Positions 51,042-64,000 of a DNA stretch of 64,000 nt are shown piece by piece. A model generated the notes under the pieces. It did not search any database and was not told where the DNA came from. It was given only the letters and a program-made list of their open reading frames with translations. This stretch comes from Octopus sinensis. Lineage: Eukaryota. A program made the position numbers and the translations under genes. The stretch spans positions 40,052,001 through 40,116,000 of the forward strand of contig NC_043012.1 of NCBI RefSeq assembly GCF_006345805.1, in the 5' to 3' direction. The stretch's first letter is position 1. Every line of letters starts with the position of its first letter.

Positions 51042-51143
51042 CACTACACATGTTTCAGTACCACATAGATCCACATATACACAGGATTTTAATTAAGCTA
51101 CGGTTTACCTGTAAAATGGGATCCAGTGGTATCTCCTCAGGTG
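51042..51143 (-). ncRNA. Hammerhead ribozyme motif with an extended stem II
   Basis: cac-CTGAGGA-gataccac..~30-bp imperfect stem..gtggtact-GAAAC-atgt-GTA-gtg. Confidence 0.55.
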
Positions 51144-51324
51144 ATAGATAATCACTGTCCCCTTACGTAAATCTTTGATTTTCATGCCCAAGCCTCGAGT
51201 TGGAATAATACCGGCTATTTGGTGATTCTAAGGATGAACAAGTTCTATTTTATATTCTAATATGCTCCGAATGGAATAAACTTTAAATTTATCCCTTGGA
51301 TCGTAGGGCGACCTATTGTGCTTA

Positions 51325-51690
51325 CCTTGGATTGTAGAGCGACCCGCTGTACTTGAAGAGACCTATTGAGTCAAGTACATCAACATCAAAATAAAAATCA
51401 AATGGAAATTGTAGTTGTGACACCCATGTCGGTGGCACATAAAAAGCACCATCCGAACATGGCTGATGCCAGCGCCACCATTGATTGGCTTTCTCTGGCC
51501 CCTGTGCCAGTGGCACATAAAAAGCGCCCACTACACTCACAGAGTGGTTGGTGTTAGGAAGGGCATCCAGCTGTAGAAACACTGCCAGATCAGACTGGAG
51601 CCTGGTGCAGCTTTCTGGCTTCCCATACTCGGGTCGAACCATCCAACCCATGCTAGCATAGAATGCAGACGTTAAACAATGATGATTATG
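51325..51690 (+). mobile_element. RTE-family 3' UTR element
   Basis: Same core and tail as 43075-43485. Confidence 0.75.
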
Positions 51691-53334
51691 ACATGCAGGA
51701 GTGGCTCTATAGGCACAGGTGTGGCTGTGTGGTAGGGGTCTGGTTTCTGACAAAGGAAAACAACACTTCCGTCATTTCAGTTTGAATAAAATATATACCA
51801 TGATAATTACTACATATCTCATTTTAGGAAACTCTCGCATATTTTCACTGTTCTGCTAACAAATTATGTTGGTGAAGTTTGTGTTAGCTGGTCTCACTTT
51901 GTCTTTTCTTGAATACCCTTACTTCTCCAGATTATGGCATTTTTCTAACATATCTAAGTACGCATGTGTGTATATATGTAGGCATACATACACACAAGTG
52001 CAAGTTCAATTGGCAAGCAAATGGTTCTGGATCTGAAAGGAAGTACAGTACTCAGGAATATTGTGGAACAACAATATACAGGTGCAGGAGCAGCTGTGTG
52101 GTAAGAAGCTTGCTTCCCAACCATATGGTTCTAAGTTCAGTTTCATTACAAGGCACCTTGGTCAAGTGTCTTCTTCTGTAACCTCAGGCCAACCAAAGCC
52201 TTGTGAGTGGATTTGGTAAACAGAAACTGAAAGAAGACCATCATAAATACTAATGGAAGTCTACATCATTATATATATATATACACCCCATTACAGCCAA
52301 TCTTACCCATCAGTTTTGTAACAGGGTTAAGATCAGCCATATTGGATATATAATACTGTACACATCAATTAATCTATTCATTCTCTCAGTAAAATACATG
52401 AGTGTGTATATTTTCTGACTTGTGGATTCTTAGATGGCTCTATGTGTGTGTCTGTGTTTGTCCCCCACCACTAGTTGACATCTGGTGCTGGTGTGTTTGC
52501 ATCCCTATCACTTAGCAGTTCAGCAAAAGAGACTGATAGAAAAAGTACCAGGCTTGAAAAAGGAAAAAAAAGTACTCGGGTTGATTCCTTCAACTAAAAA
52601 CTCTTCGAGGCAGTGCCCCAGCATGGCCGTAGTCTGACCGCAATCTAATGGCTGAAACGAGTAAAGGAGAGAAGATAGAGCAGAATGCTTGTGTGTGCCA
52701 CCCTCTAACCCCCCCCCCCGTCCAAGTGAAATTCTAGCAGTCCAATATGTTCTTCATGCGACCGGTTATCCGTCTCGAGATACGTCATTATTATTTAATC
52801 AAACCACAATAACCAACTATAGACATGCTTTAAACTTTATTCATATGTTAATTATGCCTTGTGGCGGTTTTAATATTTAAATGTTAATCATTCAATACAT
52901 TTGAACAGAGTTTGGAAAATGTACTAAAATATTTATAATTAAGGCGCACAGATGCAGACACGTGCACACAAACACATATGTCAATTTCTGTATGTATGTG
53001 TGTATGTATGTATGTGTGTGTGTATGCGAGTGTGTGTGTGTGTATTATATATATATATATACACACTGATATATGCTTATATGCATATACACACATATCA
53101 GTATGTGCAAATACGTGTGTTTGTGCGAGTGTGCAAAGTACGCACACACACATGTTTATATGTGTGTGTGTTTATGCAAAGTATACACACACACACACAC
53201 GTTTGTATGTATTCATATATATGTATATATATGCATAACAATGTGTGTGTTCAGGTGTGTATGCACACACATACATCAGAGAACAAATAGATAATTTTAA
53301 TAATAATGTTAACCAATAATATTATTTCTTTTAC

Positions 53335-53393
<59 letters not shown>

Positions 53394-54123
53394 TATTTAT
53401 GTATTTATTTATTTTGTGTAGCAGTAGCAGTGGTAGCTGTGTTTGAAAAATGACTTTATTTTTCAGTCAATCTCTTCAGAAGAAAACTCTTAAATGCAAT
53501 TTTATTCTGCAATTTTTAAAAATTAAGTTTCCATGATGAGGATGGTGAAGAGATTTTTGTTCTTGGAAATTGGAGTCAGTTTTTGGAAATATCTAACATG
53601 AGATTCTTAAAATTGGATGCGTCAACCTAGGAATACATTATGAGTTGGTTTAGACTAATGTTCCTCAAAGACTGTCAATGATATTCTTACAACTCTGGAT
53701 ATGTTAGAAATAACAGTTAAACCTTCCTCAACTCATATATTCTTTTCTACACTAGGCACAAGGCCCAAAATTTTTGAGGAAGTAGCCAGTTTATTAGATT
53801 GACCCCAATATGCAACTGGTACTTAATTTATCAACCCCAAAAGGATGAAAGGCAAAGTCAACCTCGACGGAATTTGAACTCGGAACGTAATGGCAGATGA
53901 AATACCGCAAAGCATTTCTGCCAGCTTGCCGACTTCCTCAACTCATATATTGTCTTCCTAGTTTCAATGTCTGAATAAAAGGCATGATAGTTATATTTGG
54001 AATACCTTTGATCAATACCAGCATGGATTATGGACATTAAGCTATGAGCAGTAGTTTAATTTGGGTTTAAACAACTACACACATAATACTGGACTTCCTC
54101 TTCCAGTCTTGTAAATATTTCAG

Positions 54124-54172
54124 ATCCCAACGAGTTTCTAAAATTGAAGTGTGTTACCCACTCATTTGTTTG
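54124..54172 (+). CDS. Possible small exon (DPNEFLKLKCVTHSFV), phase-compatible with the 44832-44953 exon
   Basis: aaatatttcag acceptor, TTG|GTAATT donor, open in phase 1. Short enough to arise by chance. Confidence 0.25.
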
Positions 54173-54903
54173 GTAATTTCATATCAAATCTCAAGAGCTT
54201 GTCAAATAGAAATGCTCTCTTAGTCCAAGAGGGGTTTTAACGATGATTATACCTTCAGGGTTTTAAATCAGCAAGTAAATATGATGTATTTCGTTTTTGT
54301 ATTTGGTTTTCAAGATTCTTGATGTAAGTTTGTGTTGAAACAAATCATGTGTCCTGGAAGGGTCATTATGCCAATAATAACAACACATGCACTGGTTTAA
54401 CATCACTTCTTTATTGGTAGTCAATTGGTTAAATATTTAACCAATTAACTAATTGATCATTTATTTAATGTGCTGGTTAAACAATCGGTAAGTTGTTTGT
54501 TTAACCAGCACATTAAACAAGCAATTAGATAAAGGGTTAGGAATTTAACTGCCTGACTAATAATAAGGAAGTGATATTGAACCAGTGTGTGTATGTTGTT
54601 GCTATTGGTGTAATGACCCTCTTAAGACACACTAAATAGGATATATTTCTACTTATATAAGGCAAAAGTCTAACACTGCCTGGTGATTTTGTACCTCTTC
54701 CCTGACATAGCATTAAATGTCTTCCTCAATGCAGAATGAAACGACTACCCTTGATTTGAACTCAAGATCTATGAATCATTATTATTCCATTTCACATCTA
54801 TAGCTTCATTCACATTGTTATGTATTAATCACAGCAACTGGCTTCTCCTTTATTTGCTTTGTACTGCCTTAAACCACCAATGAGCCTCCAGGCAGTTGCT
54901 TAA

Positions 54904-55125
54904 CCCCTTCGTTAACATATTTCTGTTGAGATGCTCTGTGTTTCTTTCAATTAATTATAAATATAACAAAGAATTTAGTAAAATAACTTTGTTATCAATA
55001 AGCTGGTGTTAGGATCATAAATTGTGACTAAGGTTTGGTGGAAGATTTTAATTCTGAACTTTTGAAAACAAGACATTTGTACAACAGAGCCAGAGCCGGT
55101 TTTAGCCGGGTTAGTATTGAAAGGG
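54904..55125. mobile_element. piggyBac-type MITE
   Basis: TTAA|ccccttcg ... gaaaggg|TTAA termini. Confidence 0.75.
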
Positions 55126-56019
55126 TTAAATGAGTAGACTATCACCATGACAATCAGCCTGAATAATAAACAATTCACATAAAGTGATCAGTCAACTTAG
55201 CTGTAAACATGTACCATATGGAAATATAGTTTCACAGCAATTATGAAATTTCATGAAATTTTCAGATAGAAAACGGTGAATGCTTTGTTGATTTACAATC
55301 CTCAGTCTATGAATTCAACACCTACCAACCTCCTGGGTATTACCCTACTTTCAGAAGACAAAAATGAAGATATGGTAACAGGTTTTTAGGCTAGAAAGCT
55401 GTTGTTGAAACAACAACACACAGCTGCTTCAGAAAATTACATCATAAAAAGTTCTGTAAAGCAAGCTTTATGAGTCTCAAGGCATTTGCTAAGTGATTGA
55501 TAGCAGTTAGAACGATGTAGTAATTGGTGGAAATAGGAAGATAATAAAAGTCACTAAACAGTATAAATTTTGTTTTAAGGAGTAAAAATTAATTTAGTTC
55601 TGTTGATTTAGTTAGTTTTAACAATGAACTGAAAATTTGAAAAGAAAAATAAATTGTAAACAACATCCAAACTATTTAAAGACTATTTGTCATTTCTGAA
55701 CTCCTCCATGGGTTTTGGCATTATTTTTCCTTTATTGGTAGAATTTACAGCATCATTTGTGTACAATAACAGAGTAGTTATACAGCGGCTCGCAACAAAC
55801 CTATCACTGGCTTACTGTGTTTTTGGCATCAAGAGTGATTATGACTAGGGAGTGTCTATAACTAGATGCAGAAGAAACATTTCAAGGAGCTTCACTTGTC
55901 ATGAGATCATCAGCATCATCATCGTTTAGTGTCTGCTTTCCATGCTGGCATGAGTTGGACGGTTTGACTGGAATTGGTAAGCTGGAGATTGGTGCCAAGT
56001 TCCAGTCTGGCATGGTTTC

Positions 56020-56690
56020 TACACACACACACATTTATATACACACACATATATTCATATATATACACACACACATATATTTATATATATACGCACACAT
56101 ATACATATTTATATACACACACACACACATATATATTTATATATACACAAACACACACACATATGTATTTATATATATATACACAAACACACACGCACAT
56201 ATATATTATATTTATATATATACACATACATATATGTTTATATATATATATACACACACACACATACACATATATACACACACAGACTCATATATATTTA
56301 TATACATACACACATACACATATATATTTATATACTCACATGTATATATTTATATACACACACATACACACATATATTTATATACGTACACACATATATT
56401 TACACATACACATACACACATACATACATACACACTCATATATTTATACACATGCACACATATTAATATACATACACACACATATATTTATACACACACA
56501 CACACATATATATACTTATATATATATATATACACACACACACAGACACATTTATATACACATGCACACACACATTTATATACTCACATACATATTTATA
56601 TATGCACACATATATCTATACATACACACACACACTCATATATATTTATATACACACCCATACACACACACACACACACACACACATAAT
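56020..56690. repeat. (CA)n/(TA)n compound tract
   Basis: Direct inspection. Confidence 0.95.
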
Positions 56691-57854
56691 TGAAAAGGGG
56701 TTAAGATTCCATATAGATCAAACGTTATAAGTAAAAAGTAAAAGTGGAAACAACATGGAAGCATATTTAAAGACTTTTACCTTTTTTTTTTTTTCCTTTA
56801 ATCGAACAGGATAAGAATTTTTGTATTTGCTACATTAAGTGACTTTTACGAAATATTTCCAGCTTCTGTGTGTATATCCATCTTCACAAATACTGAAAAT
56901 TCAAAGTCCAGGATTAGAAAATAAGAAAAAATTGGAAATTAAATAAGTTTGTTGTCATATTTTTTGTGTGTAGCAGACATTCAGTTATGGCAACCAAGCC
57001 AAGACATATATATATATGGAACCTGGTTGTGGCTCTCCAGGTTGCCAACCTGTACCAGCATGGAAAGTGGACATTAAATGATGCTGATGATGGTGATGAT
57101 GGTACATGCATACATACAGATACACACACACACACATATGTAAGATGTGTGTGTGTGTACATTTGAAGCTTCCAACTGTTTTCTTCCATTGAATTCACTC
57201 ACAAAGCATTGGCCATTTTGGAGCCATATTTGAAGCCGCTGGCTTATGGCTCCATGCGTAAGGAATTGAACTGAAAACCATTTGGTTGGAAAGCAAACTT
57301 CTTCACATGACAACCAAGCCCACACCTACATATATACACATATATACACAGATAGATAGATAGATAGACAGACAGACAGGCAGGCAGGCAAGCAGGCAGG
57401 CAGATAGGTAGACAGATAGATGGACAGATAGATAGATACATACATATAAATAGATGGATAGATATACACATGCACACACACACACATGCACATAGGGATG
57501 GATAGATAGACAGAAAGCTATGCCACGCTTTGCCACCATTAATCCTACTCTTTGTACAGACTGTAAACATTAATACCAGAGCCGTGTATTGATTCTAGCA
57601 TAAATCCCTTAACTGTATAGAAATGTCCTCTAATCCAAGTCTCTCTCTCCTCCCACTTTCTCTCCCCTCTCAGTGACACACACACACACACAGACATTAA
57701 TACTAGTGTTGTATAGACAGTAAACATTATTTCCAGAACTAATTAGATTGGCTCGTTAATCCAACAACCGAATATTTCGAGACGTGATAATACCAGAAAT
57801 ATAAAAGGTAACGGCATTAACCTTTCCCCTGTATTAGTCTTTTCAGAATTATCT

Positions 57855-57903
57855 GTATGTGTGTGTGTGTATGTGTGTGTACATACATATGTACCTATAT
57901 ATA

Positions 57904-57941
<38 letters not shown>

Positions 57942-58104
57942 TATATATAATATATATTATATATTATATTATATATTATATATATATATATTATATTATT
58001 ATATATATATATTATATATATATATTATATTATTATATATATTATATATATTATATATTATTATATATATTATATATTATTATATATATATATATAATTA
58101 TATA

Positions 58105-58142
<38 letters not shown>

Positions 58143-58580
58143 ATATATATATATATACATCTTTATATATATATATATACATGTATTAAGTATATATATG
58201 TATATGCGTGTATATAATGTACATATGATATATATACATATATATAATAGATACAATGATGATGATATAATATATCTATATAATATATTTACATGTGTAT
58301 ATAATGTGTAAATGTATGTATGATACATATAAATGCATATAAAATATATATATACATATAAATATATACATATAAATATATTTATATGTATATATATATA
58401 TGTATATATATGTATATATATATGAATAAATATATATATATAATAATATGTATATATAGATAAATATATATATAAATGTATATATATAAATATAAAAATA
58501 TATATATATGATAACATAAACGTATATATATGTATACACAAACATATATATATATGTAATGTATGTAAGCATATTATATG

Positions 58581-58627
<47 letters not shown>

Positions 58628-58660
58628 AAAATTTAAGTTATATAAATTTACCTATAATAT
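57855..58660. repeat. (TA)n-rich tract
   Basis: Direct inspection. Confidence 0.95.
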
Positions 58661-59202
58661 ATACACATACACATTATATATACATATTATGTCTAAAGAT
58701 ATATACAGTTCATTTGTTTATGTATATATATTTGTGTGAATTCATATATGTGTGTGTGTATGTATGTGTGTGTGTCTGTACAAACATATGAGTTTATATA
58801 TCTGTGATTCCACATATATCAATGCATCAGCATATTTACTTGCATATATGTACAAATGTATATGTGTGTGTGTGAGTGCATGTGTGTGAGTGTGTGAGTG
58901 TGTGATATGCATGCTTTACAATATGCTAAAGTAAATATGGAATGTGCGTGTTAATCACACACCTACATTGATTATATTATTAATTCAAGATAAAAAAAAT
59001 AAGATAAATATATTTTAGAGCATGAGTGTTTGGTAGTTTACACACACACACACACCACACACACATACACACACACAAATACACACACACACAAATACAC
59101 ACGCAAATACACATTTTTGACGGTATTACATTTTTACCATTATTGAAATGAATAAGAATTTGCTATGATATTTTCATCAAGTTTATTGTATAAAGTAAGG
59201 AA

Positions 59203-59239
<37 letters not shown>

Positions 59240-59559
59240 TAATGATGAAGTAAAAGTTGTCTTTACAACAGTGGTGGTTTCTACTGCTTGCTGTTTTTTA
59301 TTGTTTAATATTCTTTATATATTATTTATGTATTTATTTGACAATAATAATAATAATATAATAATAATAATAACAATAATAATGTCAATAACAACAGTAG
59401 CATATGAAATATATGTATATGTTGCCATTTTATCAGAACAAAGCTGAGAGAGTCTGCAGAATCGAAGCATTTATTATTGTTGCTGTTGTCATCGTTGTTG
59501 TTGTTGTTGTTTTACATTCAAAGAGTAAAAGAAAAAGAAAATAATTATCAGCAATAGGT

Positions 59560-60422
59560 GCAAACATGGCTGTGTGGTAAGAAGCCTTCTTCTCAACCAT
59601 GCGGTCCTGAGTTCAGTCCCAACCGTGCGGCACCTTGTGTAAATGTCTTCTATTACAGAAGACACTTGTGAGTAGATTTGGTCGATGGAAACTGAAAGAA
59701 GCCTGTCGTGTGTATGTGTGTGTGTGTGTTTGTCCCCACCACAACCACCACCACCACCACTTGATAACCGGTGTTGGTCTGTTTACACCCCTGTAACAAC
59801 AAAAGAGACTGATCGAAGAAGTACCAAGTTTTAAAAAATAACAAGACCCAGGGCCAATTTGTTCAACTAAACATTTTTTAAGATGCTGCCCCAACATGGC
59901 CACAGTCTAATGACGGAAATGAGTAAAAGACAGAACAAAATAACAAAGTTAGATTGAGCAGATTTATGATCACAGGCGTTCTAGACATGACTATCCAGCC
60001 TTTCTTTAATGCATAATGTATTCTTTTACCTGTTTCAGTCATTTGATTGCAGGCAAGCTGGAGCACTGCTTTTAATCGAACAAATTGACCTCCAGGACTT
60101 ATTCTTTGTAAGCCTATTACTTATTCTATAGGTCTCTTTTGCTGAACCACTAAGTTACAGGGATGTAAACACACCAACATCGGTTGTGAAGCGAGGGTGA
60201 AGAGGACAAACACAAACATATACATATATATATATATAGATACATACATACATACATACATAGGGCTTCTTTCAGTTTCTGCCAATTAAATCCACTCAGA
60301 AGGCCTTGGTCAACCCGAGGCTATAGTAGAAGACACTTGCCCAAGGTGCCATGCAGTGGGACTGAACCCAGAACCATGTGGTTGGTAAGCAAGCTATTTA
60401 CCACATAGCCACTCCTGCACCT
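59560..60422. mobile_element. Tail-to-tail pair of SINE-A copies (59560-59935 +, 60020-60422 -)
   Basis: Both copies near full length. Other partial SINE-A pieces at ~115-300, 9915-10130, 10357-10500, 52080-52225, 52440-52670 and 61010-61460. Confidence 0.8.
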
Positions 60423-60639
60423 AAAACCATCCTACAGACACATGTATTCTTCCAGTTTTAAAAGAAAATGGATTGGTTTGAAGAAGATTCAACTGTTATT
60501 TCTAACCGAAAGAGCAACCATTTATAGGCTCCTTCTCTTGTGTCGTCTCTGCCATTTGTAAATGTGGCTTTTTTACTGTATAAATGTTGTATATTAGAAA
60601 ATTACTATTTGTAAATCGTTCAACGAAAGATATTCAGCA

Positions 60640-60940
60640 ACAGTACTTTGTAGTAAAGATCATTTGCCAACATAACATGTCAGTTCTGGTTTAGGACGAA
60701 TGTTGCTGTAATTTAGCCCCAGGAGGCATCGTCTCCAACTGGCTATACAACACAATCGCTCAAACAATCAGCTCAAACAATCGTGATTTCCTGGTTATTC
60801 TCTTATTTGAAAATATAAGGACACAGATCGTGTCGTATAGCCAGCTGGAGACAATGTCTCTTGGAGCTAAATCACAGCAACATTCGTCCTAAACCAGGAC
60901 TGCCACGTTATGTTGGCAAACAATCTTTACTACAAATGTT
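60640..60940. repeat. Foldback element with ~110-bp arms
   Basis: tttgtagtaaag..ggtttaggacgaatgttgctg..ctggctatac mirrored at 60828-60936. Confidence 0.8.
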
Positions 60941-62224
60941 GTATAGTTTAACACTTAATACTGTGTATATGTATGAATGCATAGTGTGTGTGTGAGTGTG
61001 AGTCTTTTATATTTTACTTGCTTCAGTCATTAGACTGTGGCCATGCTGGGGCATCACCTTGAAGAATCTTAGTTGAATGAAACGATACTCCCAGTAATTT
61101 TGTCTAAAGCCTGGTACTTATTCTATCAGTTTCTTTCACCAAACTTCTAAGTTACAGGGATGTAAACACAATGGTGGGGGACAGACACAAACACACACAC
61201 GCATACACACGCATGCACACATATACACACGCATGCACGCTGGGCTTCTTTCAGTTTCCATCTACCAAATCCATTCACAAGGCTAATGACTGAAACAAGT
61301 AAAAGATACAATAGAATACAAAGTTAAACTCCTAAATCCACCCAAAAGGCTTTTGTAGGCCAGTGGCTATAGTAGAAGGCACTTGACTCAGCTGTCACAC
61401 AGTAGGACTGAACCTTGAACCATGTGCTTGGGAAGCAAACTTCTTACCACGCAGCCATAAATCCATATTGATGCATGTTTGTGTGTCTATGTGTCATCTT
61501 CATCAGTTTTTAACATCGACTTCCCTGTGTTGAAATGGTTTGGATGGAATTTGCCAAGGCAGATTTTCTATGGCCTGGTGTTGGTACCCTTCCTGTTGGG
61601 AACCCCACCTCTTTCCATGTGAGGTAAGATTTCCCTGTGACCAGAAGAACTGAAGCAAAAGGCACTGCAGTATGAAAGCGATATTTATGTGTGTTACGTG
61701 ACATCAAAACAAGGAGACACCAACTCACACACATACCAACACATACACACACACACACACATGCACACACACATATATATATACATATATACTGAGGCAG
61801 TTAGCAATTTGCTGTGCTTGAGAAGACCCACCCAGCTATGCAAAACTGAAGGCCCTAAAAGCATGTCCTTTATGTCTACGCACCCCAGCCTTGTACCCAA
61901 TCTTCCCCACTCCATCAACAAACACCCCACACAACCCATCTTCCCAACCCCCCTGCGCCTCCTGCTGCATTCTCCCTCGTGTACCACCCTAAACACAATA
62001 TGTCACCGCTGAGTCTCTTCCGCACAACATATCCTCTTAATACCCACCTCTCTCTTCCTGTACCCACTCATTGCATTACCCCCTCTCCATCTACCATTCT
62101 CCATTCACAATATCCTGAATTCACCAATCTACCCACCCTCTCCACTCCTTGGTCTGCTCACCCCTACCCCTTTCTCCTTCACCATCTTCCCATTCTCCTC
62201 TCTCTCTCTCTCCTCCATTTGAGC

Positions 62225-62650
62225 TAGGCATGGTTTCCCCTCTAATGCAAGACACCTTTGGAGAGAGAATAATCTCCCACTATGCCAATGTCAACTGCCC
62301 TTCATGCTCCCCAGGCTTGACCAGCCCAAATATTTTCTTGTGGTGATACCTGAAAGAGACCCTGCTGCAACTGAATAAGAACATCAATAGAGAAATCAAA
62401 GAAGTGGGGTCTGAAACACTTGAGGGTGTTATGGTGCAAGTTTTGCAAAGAGCACAGGCATGCCATACTGAAAATGGCTGCCATTCAAGTCATTTTTCAT
62501 ATGCGATGTAGCAGTGTTGTAAAATTTGACTTGTGCAGATTAATTTCCATTATTTCCTTTATATTATATCAAAATTTCATGCATATATTTGTAAAGTTAC
62601 AAATGAGTTATTAAAAATTCAAACCCATCAGTGACTTTTGGGACAGCCTG
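62225..62650 (+). mobile_element. 3' part of a Tc1/mariner (DD37D/maT-like) transposon
   Basis: TFGERIISHYANVNCPSCSPGLTSPNIFLW*YLKE..ETLEGVM..RAQACHTENGCH matches the WPPRSPDL..DFFLWGYLK..C....GGH C-terminus. Right TIR ttttgggacagcctg is followed by TA at 62651. Confidence 0.8.
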
Positions 62651-63120
62651 TATATACATATATATATATCATCATCATCATCGTTTCGCATCCGTTTTCC
62701 ATGCTAGCATATATATATATATATATATATATATATGGTTGTTGTCTACCCCTTATGCAGAGTTTGACCACCTCCTGTAATTACACCTTAGATCCATCAT
62801 GGCATCTGATGTGGCTTTTTAAACCAGACAATTTATTGAAAAGGCACCCACAGAGATTGCCTATCTAATTTGGACCAGCAAGAGCTGCAGTTAAGTTCTG
62901 ATCTTTGTGGATCTTAAGATGTCTTTTGAGGCCTCCATTAGATTTGCATTGCATTGAAAGGTGTGCACAGATTTATAGGCAGAATAGTTGGTGGAGGTTC
63001 GTTTTCCTTGGGTTCGTAAATGAGATATGAGCCCAGCAAAAGAAAGGCAGGGTCTGTCACAAATTGTGCACACAAAAAGGGTCATTGAGATTCACCTTCT
63101 CAATCGCATATATATACATA

Positions 63121-63572
63121 TATCAGGTCTTGAAGAATGAAATGTCCGATGTTCTTCTGCACCAAGTTTGACAGTCATTAACTCTAATGTTTTATCCTGA
63201 CAATTCTTTGTTTTACAACATTGAAGAGATACATCATCACTTTCCAAAATGCAATTCATGGCGTCTGGTTATATTGTGAGTTTTCTCTTGTTAATCAGTT
63301 TTTGTGAACCCATGGATAGATAAAAAATTTGTGTTGTTTATGAATATGAGTTCCATCGTGGAACCAATGCATCCCAGACAACTCGAAGCATCAACGAGGT
63401 GTTTTGGTGAAGATGTTGCGAATGAGGGCACTGTATGGTAATGGTTTGAGAAGTTCTGGTCTGCTGATTTTACTCTTGAAAATCAGCACCGTGGTAGACC
63501 TGAGACCAAGGTGGATAATGATGAGCTGGAAGCTGTAGTGGAAGTGGATACATCTGAAACTGTGCGTGAGTC
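63121..63572 (+). mobile_element. 5' part of a mariner transposon (N-terminal HTH), truncated
   Basis: From ATG at 63312: MDR*KICVVYEYEFHRGTNASQTTRSINEVF..EDVANEGTVW*WFEKF..LENQHRGRPETKVDNDELEAVVEVD, matching Hsmar1/Mos1-type HTH domains. Confidence 0.85.
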
Positions 63573-63589
63573 AGTGGCCAGTCAGTGGC

Positions 63590-64000
63590 CCTGGCAATGA
63601 TCACACTCGGATGGTACTTTTAACGTTCCACTGGCACAAGTGCCAATCAGGTGGTACTGCCATCAGCCACATCAGCGATTTTGATTTCACTTGCTTCAAC
63701 AGGTCTTTGCAAGCAAAGTTTATTGTCCAATGAATGAAGGGTACTCATAAGTAGGCTGGTTATACACCCCTGGCATAGGCCATGGGGCCTGAATGCAGAA
63801 AACCAGCAGAGACTTGAGAGAAGCAAAACTGGTACGCTCCCCTCAATGTGCATGCTTGACAGATTACTGGTGTATTGAGAGAGGAATGGTATGCTGTGTG
63901 CAAGAGAGGAGACTGTGCTGGTTTGGTCACGTGATGTGGACAAATGGGAACTGGTGCATAAAGAAGTGCTGATCTCTTAAAGTGGAGGGACGTTAAGGAA
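63590..64000. mobile_element. RTE LINE fragment: 3' UTR on the minus strand and ORF part on the plus strand, running off the window
   Basis: 63590-63785 matches the UTR at 47900-48010. Plus strand from ~63782: LNAENQQRLERS..VQERRLCWFGHVM..CIKKC*SLKVEG. Confidence 0.7.

Overview
Very AT-rich, microsatellite-saturated eukaryotic DNA. The tRNA-headed SINE families and the (TA)n/(TG)n/(GAT)n/(TTA)n load point to a coleoid cephalopod, probably Octopus (inference, not database-checked). There is no complete protein-coding gene, and nearly all ORFs in the supplied track are translations of simple repeats or SINE strands. One well-supported + strand internal exon (44832-44953; CTAAC branch point, long pyrimidine tract, G|GTGAGT donor, single open frame) encodes a Cys/Trp-patterned 40-aa peptide, so much of the window is probably intronic. 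The rest is a dense mobile-element record: dozens of SINE copies, RTE LINE 3' ends (two with a 5'-inverted segment), an R4/Dong-type LINE end, decayed pogo/Tigger, Merlin, mariner, DD37D-type and piggyBac-like transposases, several MITE/foldback elements and a probable non-autonomous Helitron. The most unusual signal is a set of minimal Penelope-type hammerhead-ribozyme motifs in four different repeat families (4667-4712, 15497-15532, 47450-47497, 51042-51143). One sits in a tRNA-headed SINE that has an inverted partial copy at its 5' side, suggesting a Pol III SINE mobilised by Penelope-like machinery. All motifs and alignments were read by eye and element boundaries are approximate.
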